DNA of 64,000 nucleotides from a virus, in IMG/VR virus record IMGVR_UViG_3300042453_004434, positions 32,001 to 96,000 of that record, one strand, 5' to 3'. The translations under genes and the position numbers were made by a program. How positions within the stretch are numbered: position 1 is the stretch's first letter; each line of letters opens with the position of its first letter. Of the stretch, positions 49,048 through 59,121 are shown piece by piece. The notes beneath the pieces are model-generated. The model was not told the origin of the DNA and did not search any database. It saw only the letters and a program-made list of their open reading frames with translations.

Positions 49048-50010
49048 TTATCTTTCTTTGATTTCATAAATTCCCCTTCCTATAAATTCACTCAAACTTT
49101 GATAGCCTGAATAAGAAACAGCAGAAGAAATCGCGCTCCACAATTCATCAATTTTATTTTTAAGAGGTTCAATCTGTGTTTGATCAATGTTGTAAGTTCT
49201 GCCTTCAGCATGGTCTCTCTTCTTACCGCTTAACTCTAATTGTTTTTTACTCGCTGAACCCCAGAATTGATAAACACCATCAATTACATTTTGCGCTTCA
49301 TTTGTTTTAGCGAAATAACCGCCCATCATAACATAGTCAGCACCCGCACCAAAAGCTTTAGCTGCGTCGCCACCATTTTTAATTCCGCCATCTGCAATTA
49401 TATTATTAGAATTAACTCTATCATTATAACATTCACTAATTTCAGTAATTTGACCTCTTGTGTAGCCTGTTTGATCTTTAGTCGTGCAACCGGATCCTTG
49501 ACCAATTCCAACTCTTACCCAAACATTATCATAATTTTTATATAAATTAAGACCCTGTTCAGTATGTATATTTCCAACCATTATTGAAGTTTCAGAACCT
49601 TTATAATCATAATTTAAACATTTAATCATTGAATCGACAGAACTCAAATATCCATTAGCAATATCAATAATAAAATTTCTTGCGCCATTTTGATATAAAG
49701 CTTCAAAAGCAGAATAGTCATTTAACGCAACAGAACACCAAATTTTATTCCCTTTGCTAAAATCGTTGCTTTCATTTACATATTCGAACGTTTCAATTAA
49801 TTCATCAATTTTGCAGAATCTATGAAGCGCAACAGAAACGCCATAATTACAAGCAGTTCTAGCAAATGTTTTTCCAACAACAGCCTGCATTGGCGAAACA
49901 ATAATTCTGTGAAGTTCACGTTCAATATGTGATCTAGATATTATTTCTGAAGGTTGCGCAATTAAATTTACGTCATCATAATAAACAGATTTACTTTTTA
50001 GAATTTTCAT
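49048..50010 (-). CDS. guaC: GMP reductase / IMPDH-family protein
   Basis: YDDV, SPM, ID.ANGY, VGIG.GS.CTT, IADGGI...GD..KA..AGADYVM. Confidence 0.8.
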   Translation of the reverse strand: MKILKSKSVYYDDVNLIAQPSEIISRSHIERELHRIIVSPMQAVVGKTFARTACNYGVSVALHRFCKIDELIETFEYVNESNDFSKGNKIWCSVALNDYSAFEALYQNGARNFIIDIANGYLSSVDSMIKCLNYDYKGSETSIMVGNIHTEQGLNLYKNYDNVWVRVGIGQGSGCTTKDQTGYTRGQITEISECYNDRVNSNNIIADGGIKNGGDAAKAFGAGADYVMMGGYFAKTNEAQNVIDGVYQFWGSASKKQLELSGKKRDHAEGRTYNIDQTQIEPLKNKIDELWSAISSAVSYSGYQSLSEFIGRGIYEIKER

Positions 50011-50265
50011 TCTTTTTGTTTTTTACTTTTAGTCCGTAATTTAAATTTAACCATGAAGTTTCAATATAAGCTTTATCTTTTGTAAGTTTAAGCTTGTCTT
50101 TCATATACTTAAGAGTCCAATTCTTCCATTTTTCGTTTTGTTCTGGAGTGCAAGTCAATTTTCTATACCATTCAGGCATCTGATTATTACAAACATCTTC
50201 ATATTTTAAATCAATACCAGCAATCTTAAATTGCTTATCTATAATTTTTTTAATATGTTTTGCGT

Positions 50266-50706
50266 TCATACTCCGGTGCTGCCGAATCCTTTCTGTTCTC
50301 TTTTAGTCTGATCTAGATTTTCTTCCGAATCCCAATGAACATTATGACATTTTTCTATAATGATTTGAGCTATTCTATCACCAGCTTTTACTTGAAACTC
50401 ATTTGTTGTGCTTGTGTTAAATAAAATAACACCTATATCACCGCGATAATCTGAATCAATAACACCAGCCAAAACATCAATTCCATTTTTATAAGCTAAT
50501 CCTGATCGTGGAGCAATTCGTCCATAATAACCTTCAGGAATCGCAATTGATATATTTGTCTTAATTAATGCTCGGCTCAAGCTATAAACAACTGCATTTT
50601 CAGCTGCATAAAGATCATATCCAGCAGCTTCAGTACTGCCTTGACTAGGAATAGTGGCTTTATTAGAAAGCTTCTTAATAGGAATTGAAATATATTGCTT
50701 ATACAT
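50266..50706 (-). CDS. dut: trimeric dUTPase
   Basis: AGYDL, RSGLA, GVIDSDYRG, RIAQ, GFGSTG. Confidence 0.97.
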   Translation of the reverse strand: MYKQYISIPIKKLSNKATIPSQGSTEAAGYDLYAAENAVVYSLSRALIKTNISIAIPEGYYGRIAPRSGLAYKNGIDVLAGVIDSDYRGDIGVILFNTSTTNEFQVKAGDRIAQIIIEKCHNVHWDSEENLDQTKREQKGFGSTGV

Positions 50707-50712
50707 TTTATA

Positions 50713-51462
50713 TTATTTATCTTTAATAATAGACATTAAAATTCTAGCTTCTTTTGCAGGAATATCGCTGTATGAAGTCCAAACTTTTGTTTCTTCGTTA
50801 CGATAAACATTCAGCTTCCAAGCTTTTCTCAAATAATCTTGAAACTCTTCAAAGCTAGATAGACCATGAGCTTTTGCTGTTTTTTCTAGCATGTTCTGAG
50901 ACGAAGGTAAAGCTGTTTCACTTTCTTCTTCGAATAGTGCTGGAGTTCCTTTTTTAGACGAATCAATTTCGTCGCTACCAACAATATGAATGTTAAGAAA
51001 GTTTCTTACAGCCCTAATGAATGCGCGATTAGCTGCAATCGTCTCCAGAAATTTGACAGCAAAATCCGTAGTGTTATTGACCGTAGCATTTGCCACATCT
51101 TCATAATAGCTTTCATATTGGCTTTCATAATTTGGAATCCAAGTTATACCACATTTGACTGCAACATAACTAGATTCACACTTAATAATATCATACTTAA
51201 CTGATTTGTAACCACGAAGCTTTGCTACTTCTTTAATTCCGGCCAACTTAATTAACAGTTGATGATCGCCTAATCCTTCAATATTATTTGGTACTACTTG
51301 CTTTCTTGTTTCAAACCATCCTTTATTAGGAAATAAATGATCAGGCTTAACCATAGCTCTCCAATTAATAGAGCCATCTTCATTATTAATATAATTAATG
51401 CCTTCAATTAATCCCCAAGCATTACGCTGTTGAGGAATTGGAACTTGATTCTTCTCTTTCAT
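50713..51462 (-). CDS. conserved phage protein (possibly DNA annealing)
   Basis: ETIA.NRAF.RAVR..L.I.....DE, loosely Rad52-like. Confidence 0.55.
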   Translation of the reverse strand: MKEKNQVPIPQQRNAWGLIEGINYINNEDGSINWRAMVKPDHLFPNKGWFETRKQVVPNNIEGLGDHQLLIKLAGIKEVAKLRGYKSVKYDIIKCESSYVAVKCGITWIPNYESQYESYYEDVANATVNNTTDFAVKFLETIAANRAFIRAVRNFLNIHIVGSDEIDSSKKGTPALFEEESETALPSSQNMLEKTAKAHGLSSFEEFQDYLRKAWKLNVYRNEETKVWTSYSDIPAKEARILMSIIKDK

Positions 51463-52615
51463 TATATATTTTAAAATAATCTAACTCTTCTTCAAACGTT
51501 TCAGAGAAGATAACAGTTTCTTGAGTTTTGTCAAGAAATTTGTTTTGCAATTGATTAGCTCGACAAGAAAATTGTTTACCTTTTGAAATTAATACTTTTG
51601 AACTAATAAAAAAAGATTTTTCATTTATATTTGAAAAGTCTTTAAGTTTTAATTCTGTTTTAAAATCTTTTTCGATATTCCAATCAAAAAATTTATATTG
51701 ATAATTTTTGATCTTTTCAGGTTCTCGACAATGAAGCCTGACGCGAAAACCATTTTGTTTGCACTGTTTTAAAAATGTCTCATCAATATTATCTGACATA
51801 ATAACTGTTATCATAATAATATTATTTTTAAATGGCAACAATGATTTGATATTTAAATTTTTATTTGTTAAAATATTTACTTTTCTATTGCTTAACCAAT
51901 AATAAAATACATTTTGATTTAAATCGTCTATGTAATCTAATCTTAAATTGATTGAAGCGCCTTTTAATACTTCTGCGGAAGCTGTAAAATCCGGTATCAC
52001 TTCAATAATTCTTTGATTGAAATTTTTTCCAAGATGAACTAATTCAAATTTATCTAAATCATTTTTTATGTTTAAGGTATTTAAAATATTTCTAGCAATT
52101 TGATATGGATCTATTAGATTAAGTGTTTTGGGGCTTTCTGCTAATTGACCATAACTAGGTAAATTATCATCTCTTGAAGATTCTAAAACGATTTGCGAAT
52201 CTCTGTTCCAGATGGGTTGAGTATTTTTAGGATTATTAATAGAATATAATCCTATTGATTTAGTATTTAGTATTGAAGCAAAATATAAACTATAATTTTC
52301 GTTAGAAATAATTAACTTAGCTTTTGATATTAGATAAGCTTCTTGCTTCTTATTTATTGTTACAAAACATTTATCGCAAGGCAAACGAGGAGAGTTTTCA
52401 TTTGCTATTTGAAATGTTTCAATATTATTTTGTTTTAAATATGCGCGAATAATATCATATACATCGCCAAAATAATCATATGTGCCGTGAGAATATTTAC
52501 TTCTTGTATCAAAAATTATAAAGTCATGATTTTTCAAAGGCATGAATAGCCTGTCTATATAAGGTTTTCCAACTTTAACTCCACAATCTAAAGCTATTTT
52601 ATCTACTAAATTCAT
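51422..52615 (-). CDS. GT9-like glycosyltransferase-fold protein
   Basis: YDYF..V, AYLI..A.L, SIGLYS. Confidence 0.55.
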   Translation of the reverse strand: MNLVDKIALDCGVKVGKPYIDRLFMPLKNHDFIIFDTRSKYSHGTYDYFGDVYDIIRAYLKQNNIETFQIANENSPRLPCDKCFVTINKKQEAYLISKAKLIISNENYSLYFASILNTKSIGLYSINNPKNTQPIWNRDSQIVLESSRDDNLPSYGQLAESPKTLNLIDPYQIARNILNTLNIKNDLDKFELVHLGKNFNQRIIEVIPDFTASAEVLKGASINLRLDYIDDLNQNVFYYWLSNRKVNILTNKNLNIKSLLPFKNNIIMITVIMSDNIDETFLKQCKQNGFRVRLHCREPEKIKNYQYKFFDWNIEKDFKTELKLKDFSNINEKSFFISSKVLISKGKQFSCRANQLQNKFLDKTQETVIFSETFEEELDYFKIYNEREESSSNSSTA

Positions 52616-54498
52616 GTTGTTTGATACTCTAAAATATCTTGAGCGTTTCTAAAATAATTGTTTCTAATTGATAAATATGGAGCAAATACAATATCGAAAT
52701 ATTTATTTAAATTGCCTTTTCCTTCTAGATAAAGAGGATCATCTAATTTATTAAAATATGATAGTGTTTTATAAACATTTGGATGTGAATTTATTAAATC
52801 AAAATTCTCGCTTTTTGTAAAGAAATAAATTTTATGGTCAGGATAAACTTTTTGAATAGAAGGAAGAATTGATGTAGCGATCAAGACTTCTTCAGCTCCA
52901 TCAGGTTGAATATAAGCAATTTTCTTAAGACTTTTGTCTTCATTTAGAATTTTGAGCATTTTCTCAAATTCAGCTTTTTGTATTTCTGATAACGCAACTT
53001 TTCTAAAATAAGTTAATACATCTTGCCGTTTTAAATCAGTCTTCAAGCGTTGCATCCAATGAATAACGCCAGATGAATCTTTTCGTTTTAAAAGGTTTTC
53101 ATACAACGACTCAATCCATTCTTTATCGTTTAATGAGTTGTCGGGTTCAAAATATGCATTTGGAGTCATATCCGCTTTCTCATAATCAAATTCAACTTCA
53201 GGAAATGAATCAAATAAATCTTCAAAATATTTTCCTACGATTTCAATACTATATTTATTGATTACATAGTTACGTGATTTTTTACCAAGTAATACTTTTT
53301 CATCAAAAGCCATTTCGTATACCATTTTTAATTTTTCATTAATGCTTGTAGGTAATGTTGAAGCTTTAATAAATTGAGTACCGGGTTCTCGGTATTCAGC
53401 CCAGTCTAAAGCAAAGCCGCCGCTTTCAGAGCTACAAGAATCTTCACCACAACTATAATTAGTTACTAACGTTATCAGTTCAGTAAGTTTTGCTTCTTGA
53501 ATAGGTATTTCTTGTCCACCGCTTGTAAAAGGATGGCAATAAACATCCATTAAGTTATAAATCTCATTCAACTGTTGTTCATTTACGCCACTTTTAATAT
53601 TTGTTGTTTCGCATGAATTAGGATGTTGACAATAATCGCATTTTAAAATCTGCCCTTGAAATGGCTTGATATGATAATTGTAACAGTTTTTGCAATAATA
53701 AGTTGTAAGTACTTTATTAAGAGGAATATCTTTTTCTTTTAATAATCTATGAATATCCCAGCCTTCGTTCCAAAATGTATGCAATAATAATTTAGCGTTA
53801 ACAGATGGATTTGCTTCATCAAACATTTTGAATCCATCAAGCAAATTAGGAACTGATTTTCTTAATTGATTTCTAAATACAAATCCAATAATGAAACTTT
53901 TTTCTAGATTAAAATGTTTTCTAAGTCTTGAACGAGCATCGTCTGGAAGTCTATAGAAATTATTAACATCTAGCGTTCCATGTACTGTTTTAACATGTGT
54001 ATGACCTAATTTGTGTAAAGCTTTTTCTGCAAAACTTGCCCATACAAAATAATTTTTTATTTTAGACGCGGCATTTACAGCATCTGGCAAAATAGGTAAA
54101 CTATCTAGTGTTGTATGTATAATACAATGAATCTTATTCCACCAAGGCTTTTCAAAAAATCCATTAAATCCCCAAATATCTTCTATGCCTAAATAAATAT
54201 CAGGTTTTAATTCATAAATAGCTCGATCAATCATTTCACCGCCATAACCAGCAGTTGATTTTTTTCTTTCGTCGTTAGCTATTTCTTTTTGATGTTCAGG
54301 ATCATCAGGCAAAGATCCATAGCTTTTCCAAGGAGTATACTGCAACTCATCAGAAGACCACGGATAACCATTACTGAATTCAATGATTTCGTATTTACCT
54401 GTGTTATACAAATATTTTAACAAATTTTTCTTATGCTTACCGAATCCGGTAAACATTTTGCAATGATTACTATGAATAAGAATTCTCTTTTTACGCAT
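52612..54498 (-). CDS. multidomain GT4 glycosyltransferase
   Basis: TGFG, RNQLRK, EIYN.MDV, GGQEIPIQEA; C-terminal GT9-like segment. Confidence 0.8.
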   Translation of the reverse strand: MRKKRILIHSNHCKMFTGFGKHKKNLLKYLYNTGKYEIIEFSNGYPWSSDELQYTPWKSYGSLPDDPEHQKEIANDERKKSTAGYGGEMIDRAIYELKPDIYLGIEDIWGFNGFFEKPWWNKIHCIIHTTLDSLPILPDAVNAASKIKNYFVWASFAEKALHKLGHTHVKTVHGTLDVNNFYRLPDDARSRLRKHFNLEKSFIIGFVFRNQLRKSVPNLLDGFKMFDEANPSVNAKLLLHTFWNEGWDIHRLLKEKDIPLNKVLTTYYCKNCYNYHIKPFQGQILKCDYCQHPNSCETTNIKSGVNEQQLNEIYNLMDVYCHPFTSGGQEIPIQEAKLTELITLVTNYSCGEDSCSSESGGFALDWAEYREPGTQFIKASTLPTSINEKLKMVYEMAFDEKVLLGKKSRNYVINKYSIEIVGKYFEDLFDSFPEVEFDYEKADMTPNAYFEPDNSLNDKEWIESLYENLLKRKDSSGVIHWMQRLKTDLKRQDVLTYFRKVALSEIQKAEFEKMLKILNEDKSLKKIAYIQPDGAEEVLIATSILPSIQKVYPDHKIYFFTKSENFDLINSHPNVYKTLSYFNKLDDPLYLEGKGNLNKYFDIVFAPYLSIRNNYFRNAQDILEYQTT

Positions 54499-55073
54499 TA
54501 GAATTCAGAATCTTCAGTTTCAACTTTATTGGTCTTCGCTGGCGCTGAAGCTGGAGCTTGAGCTTTTGAAGCTTGATTCTTATAATCCCCCTTTGAAGCT
54601 ATCTTTCGAGTATCGTCTAGCAATGAATAAAACTTATTAATGAAAGCTACTAAACGAACCATTTCTCCGGGCTCAAGTGGAACCTTAAATGTATCAGCTC
54701 CGTTTCTAATAAAAGATAAACCATAAGCTGTATAAGTCACAGCATATTCACCAGTACCCTTCTTCTTTTCGTATGGGCCAAACTTGATTTGGGTTTTATT
54801 TGACTCGCTTGAATGAAAAGCAGAATAATTAGCTTTCGTTTGAAAAGCGTTAATTATTTCACCAAGCTCAAATTCATTGAACTTGATAGCGATAGTCTTT
54901 GCGGGGTTATTCCTGCTCTCTGCAAAAGAACCTGTTTTCTTTTGTTCGTCCCAAGAATGTTGTGCAATACAATTTACGTAAAACTGAGGCTCTTGATCGT
55001 TCTTTTGGGAAATTTGAAAACTAATAGCGCAGCCGGTATTCTTCGAATTAGGCTTATAAATTTGTAGATTCAT
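54498..55073 (-). CDS. putative ssDNA-binding protein
   Basis: beta-rich core, IKFN.FE.G, acidic tail ending in F. Confidence 0.5.
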   Translation of the reverse strand: MNLQIYKPNSKNTGCAISFQISQKNDQEPQFYVNCIAQHSWDEQKKTGSFAESRNNPAKTIAIKFNEFELGEIINAFQTKANYSAFHSSESNKTQIKFGPYEKKKGTGEYAVTYTAYGLSFIRNGADTFKVPLEPGEMVRLVAFINKFYSLLDDTRKIASKGDYKNQASKAQAPASAPAKTNKVETEDSEF

Positions 55074-55354
55074 CGCAAGATGATAAGTCTTGCGAAGCAA
55101 AATTTCTACCAATTAATCAGCAATATAAAAGAAAATTGTACGAGCAGCGCCGCTGATGTTTGAATCAAATTTAACAGGCACAGAAGGCTGAAGAACTTGA
55201 TTAGCACCGACTGAAACAACACCAGCACTACCGCTAATACTACCTAAAGCAGCAGTGACATATATACTTCTTTCGCTTGGGCAACTAATAGTAGTTCCTG
55301 TATTAAAAGTACAAAATGGGACGAAATTATTATTCATTATATTAAATATTACAC

Positions 55355-56503
55355 TTATTGACTGGCTTTTAGAAGAGCTTCTAGCTTACCATTTGGAGTT
55401 GATATGCCACCAATAGCTGTAAAAATGGATAATCCATCTTTAACGCCTTTATAAATACCTTGATGAACTGTGCTATTAGTTTTTAATGTTCTGTTTAGTT
55501 GATTGAAAGCATTATCTAAATATTCTTGAGGGATACTATCTAAAGTTTTTTCATCACAAATTGCTACAGCAGCAGCGACACTGCCGGTAGCTAAATCTAG
55601 CTCACCACAAAGAACGTTACGCTTTAGATTTTCTCTGACGGCCTTAGAAATTTCAGCTTCATTTTTAAATTCAGTAATATTAGCTGCACCAAACACCATA
55701 ATGCCTGAGTCTAAAACAGTACGAAAATCATTTGTATCAAATGTGCTATATTGACTATTCTTGGTTATGATATTATTAAATAGATGAAATAAAGCACAAA
55801 TATTAGCATTAGCTACTTGCCAGAACTTGTTTACAGAGAGTTTTGGATATAAAGCATTAATCTTTTCATTGTCTAGAATAATTAATGGAGAAACGATTTT
55901 GTCTTCAACTAATTTACAAGCTTCTTTTAATGTAGCATAAGCATTTTCGCTTACCTTCTTGCCTTCAGATAATTTAGGCAGCGCCAATATCAATCCAACG
56001 TATGGAGATGTAGCTTTAACTGTTGTTTGATATTCTTTAAGAGTTTTAACTAATTCTGAACAAACGCCTGCTCCAGTGCCGCCACCAGCTCCAACGACAG
56101 CAAATACACGATCAATATCAGTTCCAACTGACTGTTTAATAAAATCAACTACATCTTCTTTATGATTAATAAATGCTTGTTTAGCAAACTCTCTATTTTT
56201 GCCAGCTCCTTGCTGCTCGCCAAACTTCAGCTTATTTTTAACGTTGATAGTTGCTAAATCTTGATCAGCAGTATTAATGACGCCAACTCTAGCATAACCA
56301 ATTTGAGAAAAGGTTTCTGCTAGTTTACTTCCTCCTTGACCAGCTCCAATAAAACCAAACTTAAAACCTACAGCGTCTTTATCTTTTAATTCGACTTGTG
56401 CTGGTTCTACTGGATCTGGAATGTCAGGCATAGCAAAATCGAACGTATCGTTTTTGCCATCATTGTTTGCGTTGACATTGTAAAGAGGATTATATTCGCT
56501 CAT
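55355..56503 (-). CDS. tubulin/FtsZ-superfamily GTPase
   Basis: G.GQGG, INT, GAG, GGGTG.G signature, DNE, FD..D. Confidence 0.9.
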   Translation of the reverse strand: MSEYNPLYNVNANNDGKNDTFDFAMPDIPDPVEPAQVELKDKDAVGFKFGFIGAGQGGSKLAETFSQIGYARVGVINTADQDLATINVKNKLKFGEQQGAGKNREFAKQAFINHKEDVVDFIKQSVGTDIDRVFAVVGAGGGTGAGVCSELVKTLKEYQTTVKATSPYVGLILALPKLSEGKKVSENAYATLKEACKLVEDKIVSPLIILDNEKINALYPKLSVNKFWQVANANICALFHLFNNIITKNSQYSTFDTNDFRTVLDSGIMVFGAANITEFKNEAEISKAVRENLKRNVLCGELDLATGSVAAAVAICDEKTLDSIPQEYLDNAFNQLNRTLKTNSTVHQGIYKGVKDGLSIFTAIGGISTPNGKLEALLKASQ

Positions 56504-56504
56504 A

Positions 56505-56708
56505 TTATAGAAGATTTAAACTATCGCCCATTCTAACATCGTCCCAACTAGCTTCGCCTTTCATTCGCTCTCTAACTTTAAATTGGGAATAACAAACAGC
56601 TAATCTCTGTTTCTGATCTTTGAAATCTTTTAACATCATGTCATCACTGACACATCTGCTAACGAATTCTTGTTCAGTTTCTTTCTTACGAGGTTTAGGA
56701 AGTGGCAT
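56505..56708 (-). CDS. small conserved phage protein
   Basis: MPLP.P...E...FVSRC...QR.AVC. Confidence 0.75.
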   Translation of the reverse strand: MPLPKPRKKETEQEFVSRCVSDDMMLKDFKDQKQRLAVCYSQFKVRERMKGEASWDDVRMGDSLNLL

Positions 56709-56712
56709 ATAT

Positions 56713-59121
56713 TTATGTTACACAAATATTATTATCTTTTACAGAAATTTTTATATTACAAATTTCTTTATTCTCTAATATCTTTTCTGCAATCAAAGTT
56801 TGAATTTCACGTTGAATAGTTTTAATTACTTGACGAGCACCAAAATTATCAAACTGAATTTTGTTAAATACATACATTATAACTTCTTCTGAATAATCAA
56901 TATCAATATTTTTAGCACTCAGTTCTTTCTTGAACTGATTCATTTCTTTTTCGATAATAACTTTAATTTGAGATTCTTGTAATGGATTAAATATAACTAT
57001 TTCATCTAACCTATTTAATAAATCAGGAGGAAAATATTTTTTTACTGAACTTAAAACATCAGTCTTTATAGAGTTTTTAGCAGTAACAAATCCAATAGAA
57101 TTATTATTTACCGCTTGAGCGCCAACATTAGTGGTCATCACAATAATGCTATTAGAAAAATCAATTATCTTTCCAGAGGAGTCAGATAATTTGCCTTCTT
57201 CTAATATCTGTAATAACAAGAATAAAACTTCTTCATCTGCTTTTTGAATTTCATCAAATAAAATCAAAGAATATGGATTCTTTCTAACTTTTTCTGTTAG
57301 AACGCCGCCTTTATCATAACCAATATAACCTGGATTAGAACCAATTAGTTTATTTACAGCTGTTTTATCAGCATATTCTGACATGTCAATAAAGATGAAA
57401 TTATTTTTATTGACGAAAAGATTAGTCGCAAGAAGCTTGGCCGTCATCGTTTTACCGATTCCAGTTGATCCTGCAAACAGCATTGAACAAATAGGCTTAT
57501 TCTGATTCCGAAAACCAGCTTTAGCGCGTATCAAACATTTGTAAATTTGATCTATTTGTTCATTTTGACCTACAACATTGTCTTGAAGCTCTTTTTTGAC
57601 TTGCTGAACTTTTTCAAAGTCTTGCTTTTTTAAATCACTAAAAGGGATATTAGTTTTATCAGATACAACCTGTAAAACATCATCCTCAGTAATCTTATAT
57701 TTTTTACTCTTTAATTTATTTACTAATTTTTCAACAACTCCTTGGTATTTTGATAAGAGAGATTGAATATTTGGAGTAAATTGATTTTCACTTGCAATTT
57801 TATCTTTTTTAGCCGCCTTCATGATTTTACTTTCAATCTTAACCATTTCTGGCGTTTTAGTAAAATTCTTTAACTTAGCTTTAGATCCTACTTGATCAAT
57901 AATATCTAAAGCTTTATCTGGAAATCTGCCTTCAATATATTTTTCAGCAGTATTGATAATAAATTTTAATATATCGTCTGTGAACTCAATAATATGATAA
58001 GTTTCATAATCTTTTTTGATATTTTTAATCAAATCGAAAGTCTGCTCTTTCGTCGGTTCTTCGATCTTGATCATTTGAAAACGCCGACTTAACGCAGGGT
58101 CATCAGCAATTGTTTTGCGATATTCATCGAAAGTAGTCGCGCCAATACAACTGATTTCTCCTCTAGCTAAATAAGGCTTTAATATATTAGCGACATCATG
58201 CCCATTTTCTGGATTTCCAGCGCCAATGATTGTATGAATTTCATCAATAAATAATATAATATAAGGATCGTTTACTATTTCTTTTAACAGATTCTTGATC
58301 TTTTCTTCAAACTCTCCTCTATATTTACAACCTGCAATCATCATTGGTATATCTAATGTATAAATCTGCTTCAATCCTAATAGATCAGAGCATTGATTAT
58401 TTACAATAGCTTGAGCCAGTGATTCAACTAAAGCTGTTTTTCCAACACCAGCTTCACCAACAATCAAAGGATTGTTCTTTGTCTTTCTGCAAAGAACCTC
58501 AGATATTTTTTTAATTAATTCTTCATTAATATGAAGATTATTAATTTTACCAGAAATAACTTGTGCATTAAGACTAGAAGCATATGTGTTAAGCATTTTA
58601 TATTTTCTAGCATCAAAAGATTCGGACATCTTTTGTTCTGGTTTTGAGATGTCTTCTTTAATAGACATCAAATCGTCTTCTTCTAATTTGCTTTCTATAT
58701 AGTCTACGATATTTTCAAAATTAAAATCAATACTGGATAAAAATAATTGAAATAAATCATATTGAACCTCAAACATAGCTAAAAAGATATGTTCAAGTCC
58801 AATATATTTATGATCAAATTTAGCTGATATTTCTTTGGCGCAAGTAAAAATAGATTTAGCTGAATCAGATAAAGAAGGCTTATTACTCTTTTTATTTGTT
58901 ACAGAATAGTTGTCATCTATGAACTTAGAGCATTTTTCTTTTATCTTAACTACATCTAATTCAAATTGCAGAAAAGCTTCTTCTATTTGATTATTGTTAA
59001 GATTTAGAAACGCATTAAATAAATGAAGATGCGTAATTCTAATATTTTTATGTGCTAAAGCTACTTTCAAAGCTTCTTTGATAAGCTTTTGCGCTCTTGG
59101 TGTAAGATTTAAATTTTTCAT
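56713..59121 (-). CDS. ClpA/ClpC-like Hsp100 ATPase
   Basis: Clp N repeats, GEAGVGKT, FIDEIH, RRFQ, PDKA.D, G.TG.GKT, DMSEY, PGYIGY, FGAR. Confidence 0.93.
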   Translation of the reverse strand: MKNLNLTPRAQKLIKEALKVALAHKNIRITHLHLFNAFLNLNNNQIEEAFLQFELDVVKIKEKCSKFIDDNYSVTNKKSNKPSLSDSAKSIFTCAKEISAKFDHKYIGLEHIFLAMFEVQYDLFQLFLSSIDFNFENIVDYIESKLEEDDLMSIKEDISKPEQKMSESFDARKYKMLNTYASSLNAQVISGKINNLHINEELIKKISEVLCRKTKNNPLIVGEAGVGKTALVESLAQAIVNNQCSDLLGLKQIYTLDIPMMIAGCKYRGEFEEKIKNLLKEIVNDPYIILFIDEIHTIIGAGNPENGHDVANILKPYLARGEISCIGATTFDEYRKTIADDPALSRRFQMIKIEEPTKEQTFDLIKNIKKDYETYHIIEFTDDILKFIINTAEKYIEGRFPDKALDIIDQVGSKAKLKNFTKTPEMVKIESKIMKAAKKDKIASENQFTPNIQSLLSKYQGVVEKLVNKLKSKKYKITEDDVLQVVSDKTNIPFSDLKKQDFEKVQQVKKELQDNVVGQNEQIDQIYKCLIRAKAGFRNQNKPICSMLFAGSTGIGKTMTAKLLATNLFVNKNNFIFIDMSEYADKTAVNKLIGSNPGYIGYDKGGVLTEKVRKNPYSLILFDEIQKADEEVLFLLLQILEEGKLSDSSGKIIDFSNSIIVMTTNVGAQAVNNNSIGFVTAKNSIKTDVLSSVKKYFPPDLLNRLDEIVIFNPLQESQIKVIIEKEMNQFKKELSAKNIDIDYSEEVIMYVFNKIQFDNFGARQVIKTIQREIQTLIAEKILENKEICNIKISVKDNNICVT

